From an uncultured virus (IMG/VR IMGVR_UViG_3300011475_000006) (taxonomy: Duplodnaviria; Heunggongvirae; Uroviricota; Caudoviricetes), in IMG/VR virus record IMGVR_UViG_3300011475_000006: DNA of 64,000 bases; one strand, written 5' to 3'. Below, piece by piece: positions 1 through 9,575 of this stretch. The notes below the pieces were generated by a model, which ran no database searches, had not been told where the DNA came from, and saw only the letters and a list, made by a program, of their open reading frames with translations. The stretch's first letter is position 1. Each line of letters starts with the position of its first letter. Both the position numbers and the translations under genes were made by a program.

Positions 1-1011
1 TTACTGCCCCCCAACCACCGGTACTACTGAAATTTTGCGGTTATATCTTGCGGTCTGCGAAGCATTTTTGTGGCCTGAAATTTCCTGTTTTTCATGCAGC
101 GTTCCTTCCAGATCAGATATCCCTTTAGCTTTCAGATCATGGAACGTGAAGTTGAAGTCGAGTTCAGGAAATTTTTCTGCGGCTAACTTTTTCGCCTTCA
201 TCCACTGAGCATTAAAGGCATCACGCGTATAACGAGCACCAGACTGCTGGTGGATCACGTAAAGGCTCACCATGCCACTATTTAACGGAAGGGAATTCGC
301 CTGGGTGATCGCATTTGATAGGCGCACCGTCCACGCCTTAATCTGACTCACTGCAGTCTTGCTTTGCTGAATTAGAATCCCTTCGTCCAGTATCTGACTC
401 TTTTTAAGATCCAAAATGTCTCCCTGGCGCGCGCAGCATAAATAGGCCAACTCCATAGCAATTTTCACCTGTACCGACGAAACACTGAATAGTGCATCAT
501 ATTCTTTGTCCGTCACGTACCGTGTGCGCGCCTGCTCTTTAAACTGCTTCACACCCTGGCATGGATTCATCTTCACTTTGCCGCGCTCATATGCCCACCT
601 GAACACCCTCGACATAAAAGCTTTCTCTCGGTTCGCCTGAACCCTGCTCTTAACCCCCCTCTTATCCATATACTTTCTTATGTGCTCTGGCTTGATGTTC
701 TCTGGTTTCATTTTGCCGAAAACGACATTTACCTTTGATCCATATTTCCGGTAATCCTTTCTGGTTTCTGTTGCCAGTTCATGGAAGTCACCAGAATTAA
801 AAAACTCTTCGCATAGAGCATGGAAGTTGGAACCAACCTTGATATCGTTGATGAGGTTTTCATAGGCTGCCCAGACCTGAGACTTAGTAAGATCGTGGTT
901 GCACAATCTCACTGTTCTCCCGTCAGGAGTTCTGAACTCATAGGCTGATTTGCCCCGGCGAACGCGGGGCGGCATCCAGTTATCATCTGGGTTTTTGCGG
1001 ATTCTGGGCAT
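1..1011 (-). CDS. int: Tyrosine recombinase / phage integrase
   Basis: 336 aa; catalytic motifs ARQGD, HDLKAK, SGHK..QT.RY. Confidence 0.93.
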   Translation of the reverse strand: MPRIRKNPDDNWMPPRVRRGKSAYEFRTPDGRTVRLCNHDLTKSQVWAAYENLINDIKVGSNFHALCEEFFNSGDFHELATETRKDYRKYGSKVNVVFGKMKPENIKPEHIRKYMDKRGVKSRVQANREKAFMSRVFRWAYERGKVKMNPCQGVKQFKEQARTRYVTDKEYDALFSVSSVQVKIAMELAYLCCARQGDILDLKKSQILDEGILIQQSKTAVSQIKAWTVRLSNAITQANSLPLNSGMVSLYVIHQQSGARYTRDAFNAQWMKAKKLAAEKFPELDFNFTFHDLKAKGISDLEGTLHEKQEISGHKNASQTARYNRKISVVPVVGGQ

Positions 1012-1238
1012 TACATGTCCTTAAAGTTTGGTTCTTCTTCCTCTGGATTGTTCACTACCAACTTGAGGCCTGCAGGGTTAGTTACATGATCCCACGTAGT
1101 TCCCGGCCTACCGTCTTTTCGTGGCACGAAAAATACACCGCTTTCTTTCAGCGCTCGGCACTGAAGGGAAGGGCGACGATAACCAGTGAGCTGATAGAGG
1201 TCATCAGGGGTTAGAAAACGTTGGCTTTGTCCGCTCAT
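1011..1238 (-). CDS. Putative excisionase (DUF4224-like)
   Basis: Small ORF directly upstream of int; FLTPDDLYQLTGY..PS.Q..L winged-helix motif; ATG 1238 with GGAG SD. Confidence 0.75.
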   Translation of the reverse strand: MSGQSQRFLTPDDLYQLTGYRRPSLQCRALKESGVFFVPRKDGRPGTTWDHVTNPAGLKLVVNNPEEEEPNFKDM

Positions 1239-1793
1239 CGTATAGCTCTCCACTTAACCGGCTGCACCCGGCTATCTCTTATAGAAAACGCATGATGAAC
1301 AACCACCACGGAGGCCATCATTGCATGTACGACATCTTTTCGTTTCGGTGTAATAAAGCTGGTGGACCATCTCCTATGGCATTAGAACCAGCATTGGCAG
1401 GCGGATAACGAGACGGATACGTGCTTAATCGCGAGCTGCTTCCGACCTTAGGTGAGCAACCCCTGCTTTCAGACGTCGTATGCGTAGCTGTTTAAGTTCA
1501 CTGGCCAAAAACCATCGCCCCATTGTATTTCGTCTTCCTTTTAAATCATGAGATGCAATACACTAAATACTTGGCGTTAGGATTTTAAGGATAAATTGAC
1601 AAGGAGCCGCCGTGTTACTCCCTGAAAAATTGGCGTACGTTCACTCGACAATAAGTTTTATGTTTACCCTAGCCCTAATCCACCACTATCGAAATGGAGA
1701 TAGAGATCCCTCCACAAAATCTAGACTTCTCATATCATTGCTACTTCTGATGTCTTTACTCGCATTAGCTACAGGATTCTATTGGCCTGACTA

Positions 1794-2048
1794 TCATTCG
1801 TAACGATGCATTGCATTCAATTTGCTGAACTGCGAATTATGAAGCCATGACTTCAGTCCAGAATTGCCCACCGCCAGCGCTGCAACCTCATTACGAACGC
1901 TACGCAGTTCCTGAACAGCAACCTGAACTGCATAAGCGAACATAGCGGTAGGGCGGTTACAATCGGCTTCAGCATTGCGCTGCATGTTGACTGCCATAGT
2001 CATCAGTGCATCCAACTGTTCGCTGGTCATTGGTTTATTGGCTGTCAT
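1794..2048 (-). CDS. Early-region hypothetical protein (Ead/Ea22-like N-terminus, possibly truncated)
   Basis: ATG overlaps the end of the upstream ORF; 84 aa; followed by degenerate DNA 1260-1790. Confidence 0.45.
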   Translation of the reverse strand: MTANKPMTSEQLDALMTMAVNMQRNAEADCNRPTAMFAYAVQVAVQELRSVRNEVAALAVGNSGLKSWLHNSQFSKLNAMHRYE

Positions 2049-3057
2049 GATTATTTTCCTGCTGCAGTTTGTATTGCTTAACGAAGTGGGCCACTGCCTT
2101 TGACTGGCTGGTGACAATCCCATTGAGCGTGACGTTCTTGCCGCGATAAATTTGCGCAGTACCGATCTCAACCCCTTCCAGCCTGACGTAAAGTGTTTTG
2201 CCTATTACCTCTGTCTCAGGTACTGGCTGAGACAGGCGATATGTTTCACGCGCTTCTGCAATCGCTTTATGTTCGTCCATAATCGACAGCGCTTCGGCCA
2301 GTGCCGCACCTTCCAGAGTGAAGACACCTTCATCACTGATTTTGGCCTGCGCCATCAGCTCAACGAACCGGCGCGCATTCTTAATGCTGAGTTCCGGCGC
2401 AATAGAACTGCGGGTAACTTTCGTTTTACCCTGGGCAGCAGCTACTGCTTTATCGTGCTGTAGAACTTTCCCTGCCTGTTCGCCATATTCCATAACGCGA
2501 TCAACCGCGACATCGACAGACACCGCTCCCGATTTAACGTCCTGTTGGACGTCATGATTCGCAGTACTGAGGAGAAGAAGCTTCTCTACCGTGGAGACAG
2601 ACTTGTTGACCAGCTTTGCGATCTCGCTAGTGGTCTGGTTGAAAGCGCTGTGCAGTTCCTGAATAACTGCTGCCTGCTCCATATCGGAAAGCGGGAGCTG
2701 GTTGTTACTGGTCATGATGCGAGCCAGACGCTGCACATCGTTACCGTTGAACGGCATAATGTGGATTCGGTCTACTGGCTTACCAGCTTCAGCGCAGCGA
2801 GCGTAGCAACGGCGGCGGCGGTGACCTTCAACAACCCACACACCACCTTCATCACGGGCAGTTACTTCCAGGGGAGGCACTGAACCACCGTTCATCAGGT
2901 AGTTGAAAAGGTCATCATCAGCCAGGCGGGTGCGTTCGTCATCATCACGTTTGTTGAAACCTTCACGAACATGGATATCGGAAAGGGGGATAAACATCCC
3001 GGTATCGGTACGCTTAATCAGACCTGATTTGGTCATTTGCTTGAATGAGTTAGCCAT
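2035..3057 (-). CDS. ParB/Srx-like N-terminal domain protein with HTH
   Basis: 340 aa; GFNKR, PPLEV, VVEGHRRRR ParB-type motif; HTH-like TTSEIAKLVNKSVSTV. Confidence 0.75.
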   Translation of the reverse strand: MANSFKQMTKSGLIKRTDTGMFIPLSDIHVREGFNKRDDDERTRLADDDLFNYLMNGGSVPPLEVTARDEGGVWVVEGHRRRRCYARCAEAGKPVDRIHIMPFNGNDVQRLARIMTSNNQLPLSDMEQAAVIQELHSAFNQTTSEIAKLVNKSVSTVEKLLLLSTANHDVQQDVKSGAVSVDVAVDRVMEYGEQAGKVLQHDKAVAAAQGKTKVTRSSIAPELSIKNARRFVELMAQAKISDEGVFTLEGAALAEALSIMDEHKAIAEARETYRLSQPVPETEVIGKTLYVRLEGVEIGTAQIYRGKNVTLNGIVTSQSKAVAHFVKQYKLQQENNHDSQ

Positions 3058-3416
3058 TAGAGAGCAACCTCGTTATTCAGGGAAATGACGACAGGAGCCA
3101 GCTCACGAAGTTCGCGCTGAGCCTCCAGCAAGTGCATATTGAAGGGCGTTTTTGTGTGGCGTTCTTCGATACGATCACACTCTTTGGCCCAGCTGGCGAC
3201 ATCTTCACGCAGAGTAGCGTTCTGCTCAGCCAGTTCCTTACGCTGCGCCATTGCTTCGCAAAGCGCTACGCTGGTGATATCGAGACGGTTAGCAAGCTCA
3301 TTCATAAGCTGAGCTGATGCAACTGGCAGGAACTTAGCGGCGATACGTGCCGCCTCGATCAGCTGCTCTCTGGTCATGCGTGGTTGTAACTCGGTGACGT
3401 TCTGTGTGTTCGTCAT
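3057..3416 (-). CDS. Phage early hypothetical protein (coiled coil)
   Basis: ATG 3416 with GGAG SD; translationally coupled to the ParB-like gene. Confidence 0.7.
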   Translation of the reverse strand: MTNTQNVTELQPRMTREQLIEAARIAAKFLPVASAQLMNELANRLDITSVALCEAMAQRKELAEQNATLREDVASWAKECDRIEERHTKTPFNMHLLEAQRELRELAPVVISLNNEVAL

Positions 3417-3656
3417 GGATAGTTTCTCCGTGTTATAAGCGCTCTGCACAGCGCTGATTTTGGTTGCACGAATCCCTCGCCGGATGGCGACAAAAAATAA
3501 ATGGGTTTCGTTTTAGTAAGCACCCAACCAGGGCACTTAGTGAAACGGGCGGCTGCCACCGCCAGTCAGCTTCTCCACAATTGGGAGCGCGTTCTCCTGA
3601 GGTTGATTTAACGACTGAGGCCTCTCAAGGAACCGGCTGAACGCGCTTTCAGTTGT

Positions 3657-3722
3657 GAAAAGGGGCGGTCGACATTAAGGACATTCACAACTGCCGACCG
3701 CCAAGACTACACACAGCATCTG
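3657..3722 (-). ncRNA. DicF-like small RNA / terminator in the pL leader
   Basis: GGCGGTCGGCA...TGTCGACCGCC hairpin plus U tract, preceded by TGCTGTGTGTAGTCTT; position resembles dicF-family elements. Confidence 0.45.
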
Positions 3723-4007
3723 GTACAGCTACTTCGGGTTACCACATCAAAAAGAGCACTACCGCGTTCTGCCGTTCAATCCTGGCTTTTGGTACATCAA
3801 CGGCTGCGAGATGTTTTTGCATGCCAGCGCTCTTTTGGTTATGGCCTCGTCTCTTCCGAGGTGTCACACCTGATCGCCACGCTGGTGAAACGCTTCTGGC
3901 TGCCGTACACGCCTGGCTTGCACATTCCGGCTACCCGCTGGATCTGGATATGTCTTGCAAGGAATCCCCGGACCGCTGCGGCACATGTGCCATATGCCGA
4001 TGACTAG

Positions 4008-4059
4008 AAGATAATCATTAATTGCGAGTAACGCAAGCAATAAAATGCATATCACGCAA
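4008..4059 (-). promoter_or_regulatory. pL promoter with two OL operators
   Basis: TTGCGT-17-TATCTT (4036 to 4008); operators TTGCGAGTAACGCAA 4022-4036 and ATGCATATCACGCAA 4045-4059. Confidence 0.7.
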
Positions 4060-4069
4060 TTTTGTGCGC

Positions 4070-4101
4070 AAAAAAAAGACCTCGCATGAGGTCTGATTTT
4101 T
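4070..4101 (-). terminator. Intrinsic terminator downstream of cI
   Basis: AGACCTC-GCAT-GAGGTCT hairpin flanked by A and T tracts. Confidence 0.7.
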
Positions 4102-4112
4102 CATAAGGTTTG

Positions 4113-4808
4113 CTATCCATGCCGCTTAAAGGATTGCGACTGGCTTATTAAAACCTTTCCGTAAATGAAGAACCTATGCTCGTTATCTTTAGTGATATTC
4201 CATTCACGATACTTTGGATTGTCAGAGATAACCAAAAGTTGGTCAGGGATCATCTGCAATCGCTTAACGTAGACTTTTCCATCGAAACCAAAGACATAAA
4301 TTCCATCGCCATCGAATTCATTCACGTGAACATCTACAAAAATTAGGTCTCCTGGCTCGATGGTTGATGCCATGCTATCACCACGAACGTTTATAACTTT
4401 GACCCCAGAAGAAGATCTTCCCCCAAACATGGTTAATGCTTGGTCATTGTTATATTCAATAGCATGTATGACATCAATGACATCACTGCTCTGTATGTGT
4501 CCTGCTCCGGCGCTTGCGCTCACATCAAGTACCTCGACTCTATAAACATCACCAATACTTCGCGATGATGAATCACTTTCACTGTTTATACATACAGTAG
4601 ACTCATTTTCGACAGAGGTAAATAGGTCTGGGACTTTTACGCTTAAAGCGTGAGCAAGCCTGTTAAGTGTTTGTTCTGAAAACTGCTTTTGTTTTCCTGT
4701 TTCAAGACGGGAAATGTTAGCAGCATCAACCCCCACAGACTCTGCAAGCTCTGAGATTTTCATGTTCTTCGCCAAGCGAAGCTGTCTGATACGTGATCCT
4801 ATATTCAT
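4113..4808 (-). CDS. cI: CI-like repressor (HTH_XRE + S24 autopeptidase)
   Basis: N-terminal HTH; SAGAG cleavage motif, RGDSM Ser and VKRL Lys; likely start MNIGSR at 4808. Confidence 0.92.
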   Translation of the reverse strand: MNIGSRIRQLRLAKNMKISELAESVGVDAANISRLETGKQKQFSEQTLNRLAHALSVKVPDLFTSVENESTVCINSESDSSSRSIGDVYRVEVLDVSASAGAGHIQSSDVIDVIHAIEYNNDQALTMFGGRSSSGVKVINVRGDSMASTIEPGDLIFVDVHVNEFDGDGIYVFGFDGKVYVKRLQMIPDQLLVISDNPKYREWNITKDNEHRFFIYGKVLISQSQSFKRHG

Positions 4809-4895
4809 GCGTCTATTACATGTGTTTTTTGCGTGTCGTGCAAAGCAACTTGCGCAATTCGCCAGCATGAAATAACATGCGTAATACGCAAGTTA
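4809..4895. promoter_or_regulatory. OR region: pRM, pR and three operators
   Basis: Operators TTGCG-N5-CGCAA-like at 4829-4843, 4850-4864, 4877-4891; pR TTGCGC-17-TAACAT (4850-4878, +); pRM TTGCAC-17-TGTAAT (4843 to 4815, -). Confidence 0.7.
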
Positions 4896-4905
4896 AGGGG
4901 GTATT

Positions 4906-5163
4906 ATGCAATCACCATTGAGAAAGTTGCGTAAATCGCACGGTATGACCTTGTTGCATGTTGCAACTGGCGTACAGGTCGATCCGGCAACATTAAGTCG
5001 CATTGAAAGATGCGAACAGGTTCCGTCAGTAGAGCTTGCAGAACGTCTTGCCAAGTTCTTCAAAGGCGAGATCAGCGAATTACATATTTTGTACCCGAGC
5101 CGCTACCAAGTAGCTGAAGAAGTAATAGGCAAAGGCAATCGTAATGTGAAAGCAGTCATCTGA
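4906..5163 (+). CDS. cro: Cro-like HTH repressor
   Basis: 85 aa HTH divergent from cI. Confidence 0.85.
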   Translation: MQSPLRKLRKSHGMTLLHVATGVQVDPATLSRIERCEQVPSVELAERLAKFFKGEISELHILYPSRYQVAEEVIGKGNRNVKAVI

Positions 5164-5185
5164 TAACTACCAAAGGAAAAACAAC

Positions 5186-5656
5186 ATGGTAGAGCCAAGC
5201 CTGAAAGAAGTAGTTAAAGCGATGTGTAAAGCGTACCCAGGAGGCCGTGAGGCTATGGCCGGTGCTCTTGGCATGTCCGTAACGCAGTTCAATAACAACC
5301 TGTACGAGAAGAACGGCTGCCGTTTCTTCGAAGTGAACGAGCTGGAGGCGATGGAAGATATCTCAAATACATCTCTCTTGGCTGATTACTTTGCGCAGCG
5401 TCGTGGCGCATTGCTGGTGGACGTACCGCAGCTGGAAGACCTTGACCGTGTTGATTTGTTTACCCGCGCCATGAGAACAGCAGCAGCGCGCGGACGTGTA
5501 GACACAATCATCCAGAAAGCCCTGGAAGATGGAGTAATTGAGTCGCATGAAGCTGAAGAAATTAACGAGTATCACCGCCGCCATCTGGCTGCGCGAGAAG
5601 AAGAAATCCGCGCGATTGTCGCGCTGTTTGGCCGTAAGCAAAGCCAAAAGAAGTGA
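5186..5656 (+). CDS. YmfL/CII-like regulatory protein
   Basis: YPGGREAMAGALGMS..QFNNNLYEKNG motif; position after cro. Confidence 0.75.
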   Translation: MVEPSLKEVVKAMCKAYPGGREAMAGALGMSVTQFNNNLYEKNGCRFFEVNELEAMEDISNTSLLADYFAQRRGALLVDVPQLEDLDRVDLFTRAMRTAAARGRVDTIIQKALEDGVIESHEAEEINEYHRRHLAAREEEIRAIVALFGRKQSQKK

Positions 5657-5896
5657 CGCCCGCGAGTGTGCAGCTCCGGGCGTCGTGGCGTGTCGTATTC
5701 AGTGGAGAAACTAACGCATGAACAGTTTAAACCGATTGAGACCAGCGAAGCAATTCAGATGCCTTCCACTGGTGGGAAAAGATTCCCCGTTCGGCTATGT
5801 GGAAAGATTAAACGACCAGGCTGAGGTGAACAACTACCAGCCTGAGAACGCGATGGTAGAGGCGTTTGCTCGGATGAACGAGAAGGGGCGAGAAGA

Positions 5897-6076
5897 ATGG
5901 CTGAAGTTAACAGGCGATTCAAAGACCACAGAGGGGTCCCGGTCCACGTCATTCGATGGGAGCCCGAGAGCCGACGCGTTATATACCTTCGCGAAGGGTA
6001 CGATCATGAGTGCTTCAGCCCTCTTGAGCAATTCCAGCGTAAATTTACAGAGTTAAAGGACGACCATGAGCACTAA
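5897..6076 (+). CDS. DUF4222-like small protein (59 aa, below the ORF track cutoff)
   Basis: Manual translation MAEVNRRFKDHRGVPVHVIRWEPESRRVIYLREGYDHECFSPLEQFQRKFTEL...; overlaps the replication gene start. Confidence 0.65.
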   Translation: MAEVNRRFKDHRGVPVHVIRWEPESRRVIYLREGYDHECFSPLEQFQRKFTELKDDHEH

Positions 6077-6956
6077 ATTAACCGGTTACGTTTGGGACGC
6101 TTGCGCTTCTACAGGCATGAAGCTATCCAGCGTTGCCATCATGGCGCGTCTGGCAGACTTCAGCAGTGATGAGGGGGTTAGCTGGCCTTCAATCGCTACT
6201 ATCGCACGTCAGATTGGGGCAGGTGAGAGCACCGTTCGTACGGCAATAGGCCAGCTTGAGAAAGATGGTTGGCTGACCCGCCAGCAGCGCCGTAAGGGTA
6301 ACCGTAATGCCTCCAACGTATATCAACTTAACGTTACAAAGCTCCGTGATTCTGCCTTTTCTCACCTGTCAGAATCTGACGCGTCAAAATCTGATGCATC
6401 AAAATCCGACCCGTCAAAATTTGATGCGTCGAAAAACAGCAATAACCGCGGTTTTCACCCGTCAGAATCTGGTGGGGATCCGTCAGTAAAATCAACTACT
6501 GATCCATCAGATAAAAAACCTTCTTGTCAGGTTGCCCAGCAACCCGACGATTTGAGTTCTGGCAAGGAGAGTGATCCTGACGTTTTGCTGACTGACAATT
6601 CCAAATCGGTACTGAAACATCTCAACCAGGTGAGCGGTGCGCGCTTCCAGAACTGCCCTGCATCGCTGGATAACATCCGGGCAAGACTTCGTGAGGGTTT
6701 CACTCCTGAAGAACTCATGCTGGTGGTCGACTACAAGCACGAGCACTGGAAAGGCCTGAAGGATTACCAGTACATGCGCCCAAAAACTCTGTTTATCCCC
6801 GGAAACTTCCCAGGTTACCTGCAGGTTGCTACTCGCTGGGATGCGAAGGGCAGGCCAAAACGCGAGGACTGGGATGCAGCCCGAAAAAACAATTCGCTTA
6901 CCTTCGGTGGACCCGACAAAGCAATTCCAGCAGGTTTCAGAGGAGCTAAACCATGA
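6066..6956 (+). CDS. Phage replication initiator (N-terminal HTH, conserved phage C-terminal domain)
   Basis: WPSIATIARQIG HTH; YMRPKTLF motif; internal 15-bp repeats. Confidence 0.8.
   Translation: MSTKLTGYVWDACASTGMKLSSVAIMARLADFSSDEGVSWPSIATIARQIGAGESTVRTAIGQLEKDGWLTRQQRRKGNRNASNVYQLNVTKLRDSAFSHLSESDASKSDASKSDPSKFDASKNSNNRGFHPSESGGDPSVKSTTDPSDKKPSCQVAQQPDDLSSGKESDPDVLLTDNSKSVLKHLNQVSGARFQNCPASLDNIRARLREGFTPEELMLVVDYKHEHWKGLKDYQYMRPKTLFIPGNFPGYLQVATRWDAKGRPKREDWDAARKNNSLTFGGPDKAIPAGFRGAKP
6369..6476 (+). repeat. 15-bp direct repeats (putative origin iterons)
   Basis: TCAGAATCTGACGCG/TCAAAATCTGATGCA/TCAAAATCCGACCCG/TCAAAATTTGATGCG in tandem, plus a partial copy at 6462. Confidence 0.65.
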
Positions 6957-7447
6957 GTTTTCTGAAAACAATTCAGTTGTTTATATCCAAGAACCCTGGT
7001 CTGACGAACAAGGAAATCGCCGCAGCGCTGCCGGACTATGAGTTACACAGTGTGCAGCGTGCAGTATGCCGATTGGCAATGTTGGGGCGAGCTGAACGCC
7101 GTGGCGAACGTCCAACCTTCCGCTACTACGCCAAAGCTCCTATAGGTCCGATTGGGCCGATTGTCCCGCGCTACCCGGTCGAAAAAGCCGAAGTGATGCC
7201 CGAGCCAAAACAGGAAAGCGCACCAAACCCTGCTGTCGTTGCGATGATGAAGAAAGCCAAGGAATTATCTGATAAGGGTCTGTTCTTGCGGGCTGCTACG
7301 GTCCTGATGGATGCCTTCAACCGCTCAAAAAGCGAGGAGATGCGGGACAAGATTCTGGAGGAACGTCATCGCTGCCTGAGCATGGTTCAGCGAGCTAAGC
7401 CCTCTGGTGATGGATGGTGTCTGGCTGGTCGAGCGAGGAACGTCTGA
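6953..7447 (+). CDS. PerC-family transcriptional regulator with N-terminal wHTH
   Basis: AKELSDKGLFLRAATVL PerC-like motif. Confidence 0.65.
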   Translation: MSFLKTIQLFISKNPGLTNKEIAAALPDYELHSVQRAVCRLAMLGRAERRGERPTFRYYAKAPIGPIGPIVPRYPVEKAEVMPEPKQESAPNPAVVAMMKKAKELSDKGLFLRAATVLMDAFNRSKSEEMRDKILEERHRCLSMVQRAKPSGDGWCLAGRARNV

Positions 7448-8199
7448 TGATTCACTTCCACAGAGGACCAATCACGCCTGATACCTGCGCACTGAAAGCC
7501 TGGAAAGGTCGCCATGCCTTCATCAGCTTCGCTAACTCCGGGCAACTTAAGCTTGCCAGTGAAGTAACACAATCCTTCGCGCTGGATAACGGTGCATTCA
7601 GCTTCTGGACAAAAAAGCGCGTTGTTAACTGGAATGACTACTACGAATTTGTAGGCCGATGGATGAATCACCCGCGCTTTGCTTTTGCTGTTATTCCTGA
7701 CGTGATCGGAGGAACAAGCGAAGAGAACGACGCACTGATAGCGGAATGGCCACACGGTAAAATCATCGGGGCACCGGTTTATCACTTCAACGAACCAGAG
7801 TCTCGTTTCATCCGTCTTTGCCATGAGTTTCCGCGCGTGTGCATTGGCTCAATGGGGGAGTATGACGCAAAGAGGCCAAAGGATTGCGCTGCTAAGTTAC
7901 GAGACATGATTCGCCATGTTGTCGACGGTAATGGCTATCCAATAACCAAGCTGCATGGCCTTCGCATGCTGAATAAGGACCTCTTTATGGAAGTGCCGTT
8001 ATCGTCTGCTGACAGCACCAATGTTGCCAGGAATATCGGCATTAACAAGGCGTGGGACAAGTCTGCTTATGCGCCTGCAAGCAAAGAAACCAGAGCATCT
8101 GTCCTAGTAGAGCGCATAGAGGCTTTCAACTCTGCGTGCTCTCTCAACTATGACGAAGCCCGCGACATATTCATGCCACAACTGGCTTTCGAGGTGTAA
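7447..8199 (+). CDS. TGT/DpdA-like (tRNA/DNA-guanine transglycosylase fold) protein
   Basis: LDNGAFS, AVIPDVIG, PVYH, LHGLRML and SADST motifs in TGT-like order; ATG coupled to the upstream TGA. Confidence 0.55.
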   Translation: MIHFHRGPITPDTCALKAWKGRHAFISFANSGQLKLASEVTQSFALDNGAFSFWTKKRVVNWNDYYEFVGRWMNHPRFAFAVIPDVIGGTSEENDALIAEWPHGKIIGAPVYHFNEPESRFIRLCHEFPRVCIGSMGEYDAKRPKDCAAKLRDMIRHVVDGNGYPITKLHGLRMLNKDLFMEVPLSSADSTNVARNIGINKAWDKSAYAPASKETRASVLVERIEAFNSACSLNYDEARDIFMPQLAFEV

Positions 8200-8203
8200 T
8201 TCT

Positions 8204-8869
8204 ATGAAAGGAAAATACTCTCTAATTTATGCCGATCCAGCCTGGGAATACGGGAACACCATCAGCAACGGTGCTGCCACCAATCACTACGGCACGATGA
8301 AGCTGATCGACATGAAGCGTCTTCCTATATGGGACCTGGCTGCCGATGATGCTGTTCTGGCTATGTGGTTCACCGGCACGCACACCCGAGAAGCTATTGA
8401 ACTGGCTGAAGCATGGGGCTTTAAGGTCCGCACGATGAAGGGCTTCACCTGGGTTAAGTTCAACCCACTGGCAGAGCAGCACATCAACAAAGCGCTTCAG
8501 GCTGGTGGAGTGGAGGACTTTTACGACTTCCTCGACTTGTTGAACGTACAGACCCGCATGAACGGCGGGAACTACACCCGAGCCAATACTGAAGACCTGT
8601 TGATCGCCACCAGGGGAAATGGACTTGAACGCCAGTGCGCCAGTATCAAACAGGTTATCTACAGCCCACTTGGTGAGCACAGCCAAAAGCCAGCAGAGGC
8701 GCGTTACCGTCTGGAGAAGCTTTACGGTGACGTTCCTCGCATCGAACTCTTCAGCCGCTGCGGTGCGCCTGGCTGGGACCACTGGGGGAATCAGTCAGTA
8801 TCACCAGCTGTTGAGCTTATTCCGGCAGTGGCCGTGCCAATGAGAAAACTGCAGGAGCATGCAGCATGA
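8204..8869 (+). CDS. MT-A70 family N6-adenine methyltransferase
   Basis: IYADPAW (DPPW variant), AWGF, FTWVK, HSQKP, RIELFSR. Confidence 0.88.
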   Translation: MKGKYSLIYADPAWEYGNTISNGAATNHYGTMKLIDMKRLPIWDLAADDAVLAMWFTGTHTREAIELAEAWGFKVRTMKGFTWVKFNPLAEQHINKALQAGGVEDFYDFLDLLNVQTRMNGGNYTRANTEDLLIATRGNGLERQCASIKQVIYSPLGEHSQKPAEARYRLEKLYGDVPRIELFSRCGAPGWDHWGNQSVSPAVELIPAVAVPMRKLQEHAA

Positions 8870-9189
8870 AAGCAGAATTAACGTCGCGTCAGAGTGAAGT
8901 GCTGGACGCCATAGTGCTCTACAAGGACAGAACGGGATTCCCGCCGACGATGCTGGAGCTTGCCGCATTAATTGGCTGCGCATCACCGAACGCTGCTGCT
9001 GAGCATGTAAAGGCGCTCAAGAAAAAAGGGTACATCTCCGTTGCTCCTGGTGCTGCTAGGGGCATTACCATCGTCAAAACGGAATCTGATGAAGATCCGG
9101 TGTCGATCATTAAAGACCTCTTAACTGGTGGAGACCAGGCAAGAGATAACGCTGTTCAATGGTTGAAAAAACAGGGAGTGACTGTATGA
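8866..9189 (+). CDS. LexA DNA-binding-domain-like protein
   Basis: LTSRQSEVL..GFPPT..EL..SPNAAAEHVKALKKKGYI..ARGI; no peptidase domain. Confidence 0.85.
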   Translation: MKAELTSRQSEVLDAIVLYKDRTGFPPTMLELAALIGCASPNAAAEHVKALKKKGYISVAPGAARGITIVKTESDEDPVSIIKDLLTGGDQARDNAVQWLKKQGVTV

Positions 9190-9575
9190 AACTGGTGCTC
9201 CCATTCCCTCCTAGAGTAAACACTTACTGGCGCGCCCCTAACAAAGGGCCGTTAAAGGGACGACACCTTATCAGTGAGAAAGGCAGGGCATACCAGAGCG
9301 CGGCATGTGCAGCGATTATCGAACAGTTACGCTGCCTTCCGAAACCATCATCATCACCAGCTGCGGTGGAGATCCTTCTCTTTCCGCCGGATGCACGCCG
9401 CCGAGATATCGACAATTACAACAAGGCCCTGTTTGATGCTCTCACGCATGCTGGCATTTGGGAGGATGATAGTCAGGTTAAGAGAATGCTAGTGGAGTGG
9501 GGGCCGAAAGTGCATGGCGGAAGGGTAGAAATATCTATAACCAAGCATCAGCCAGCAATGGGGGTAATCGGGTGA
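9186..9575 (+). CDS. rusA: RusA Holliday junction resolvase
   Basis: LPFPP.VN.YWR, RRDIDNYNKALFDAL, WEDDSQV. Confidence 0.9.
   Translation: MKLVLPFPPRVNTYWRAPNKGPLKGRHLISEKGRAYQSAACAAIIEQLRCLPKPSSSPAAVEILLFPPDARRRDIDNYNKALFDALTHAGIWEDDSQVKRMLVEWGPKVHGGRVEISITKHQPAMGVIG

Noticed and set aside
1260..1803. ORF 1612-1803 and upstream DNA as a functional gene or toxin
   Set aside because: Short hydrophobic ORF in apparently degenerate DNA with no supporting motif or antitoxin structure
5718..6056. 112-aa ORF before the replication gene
   Set aside because: Has a plausible SD but overlaps the better-supported DUF4222-like frame and has no recognisable motif; left uncalled
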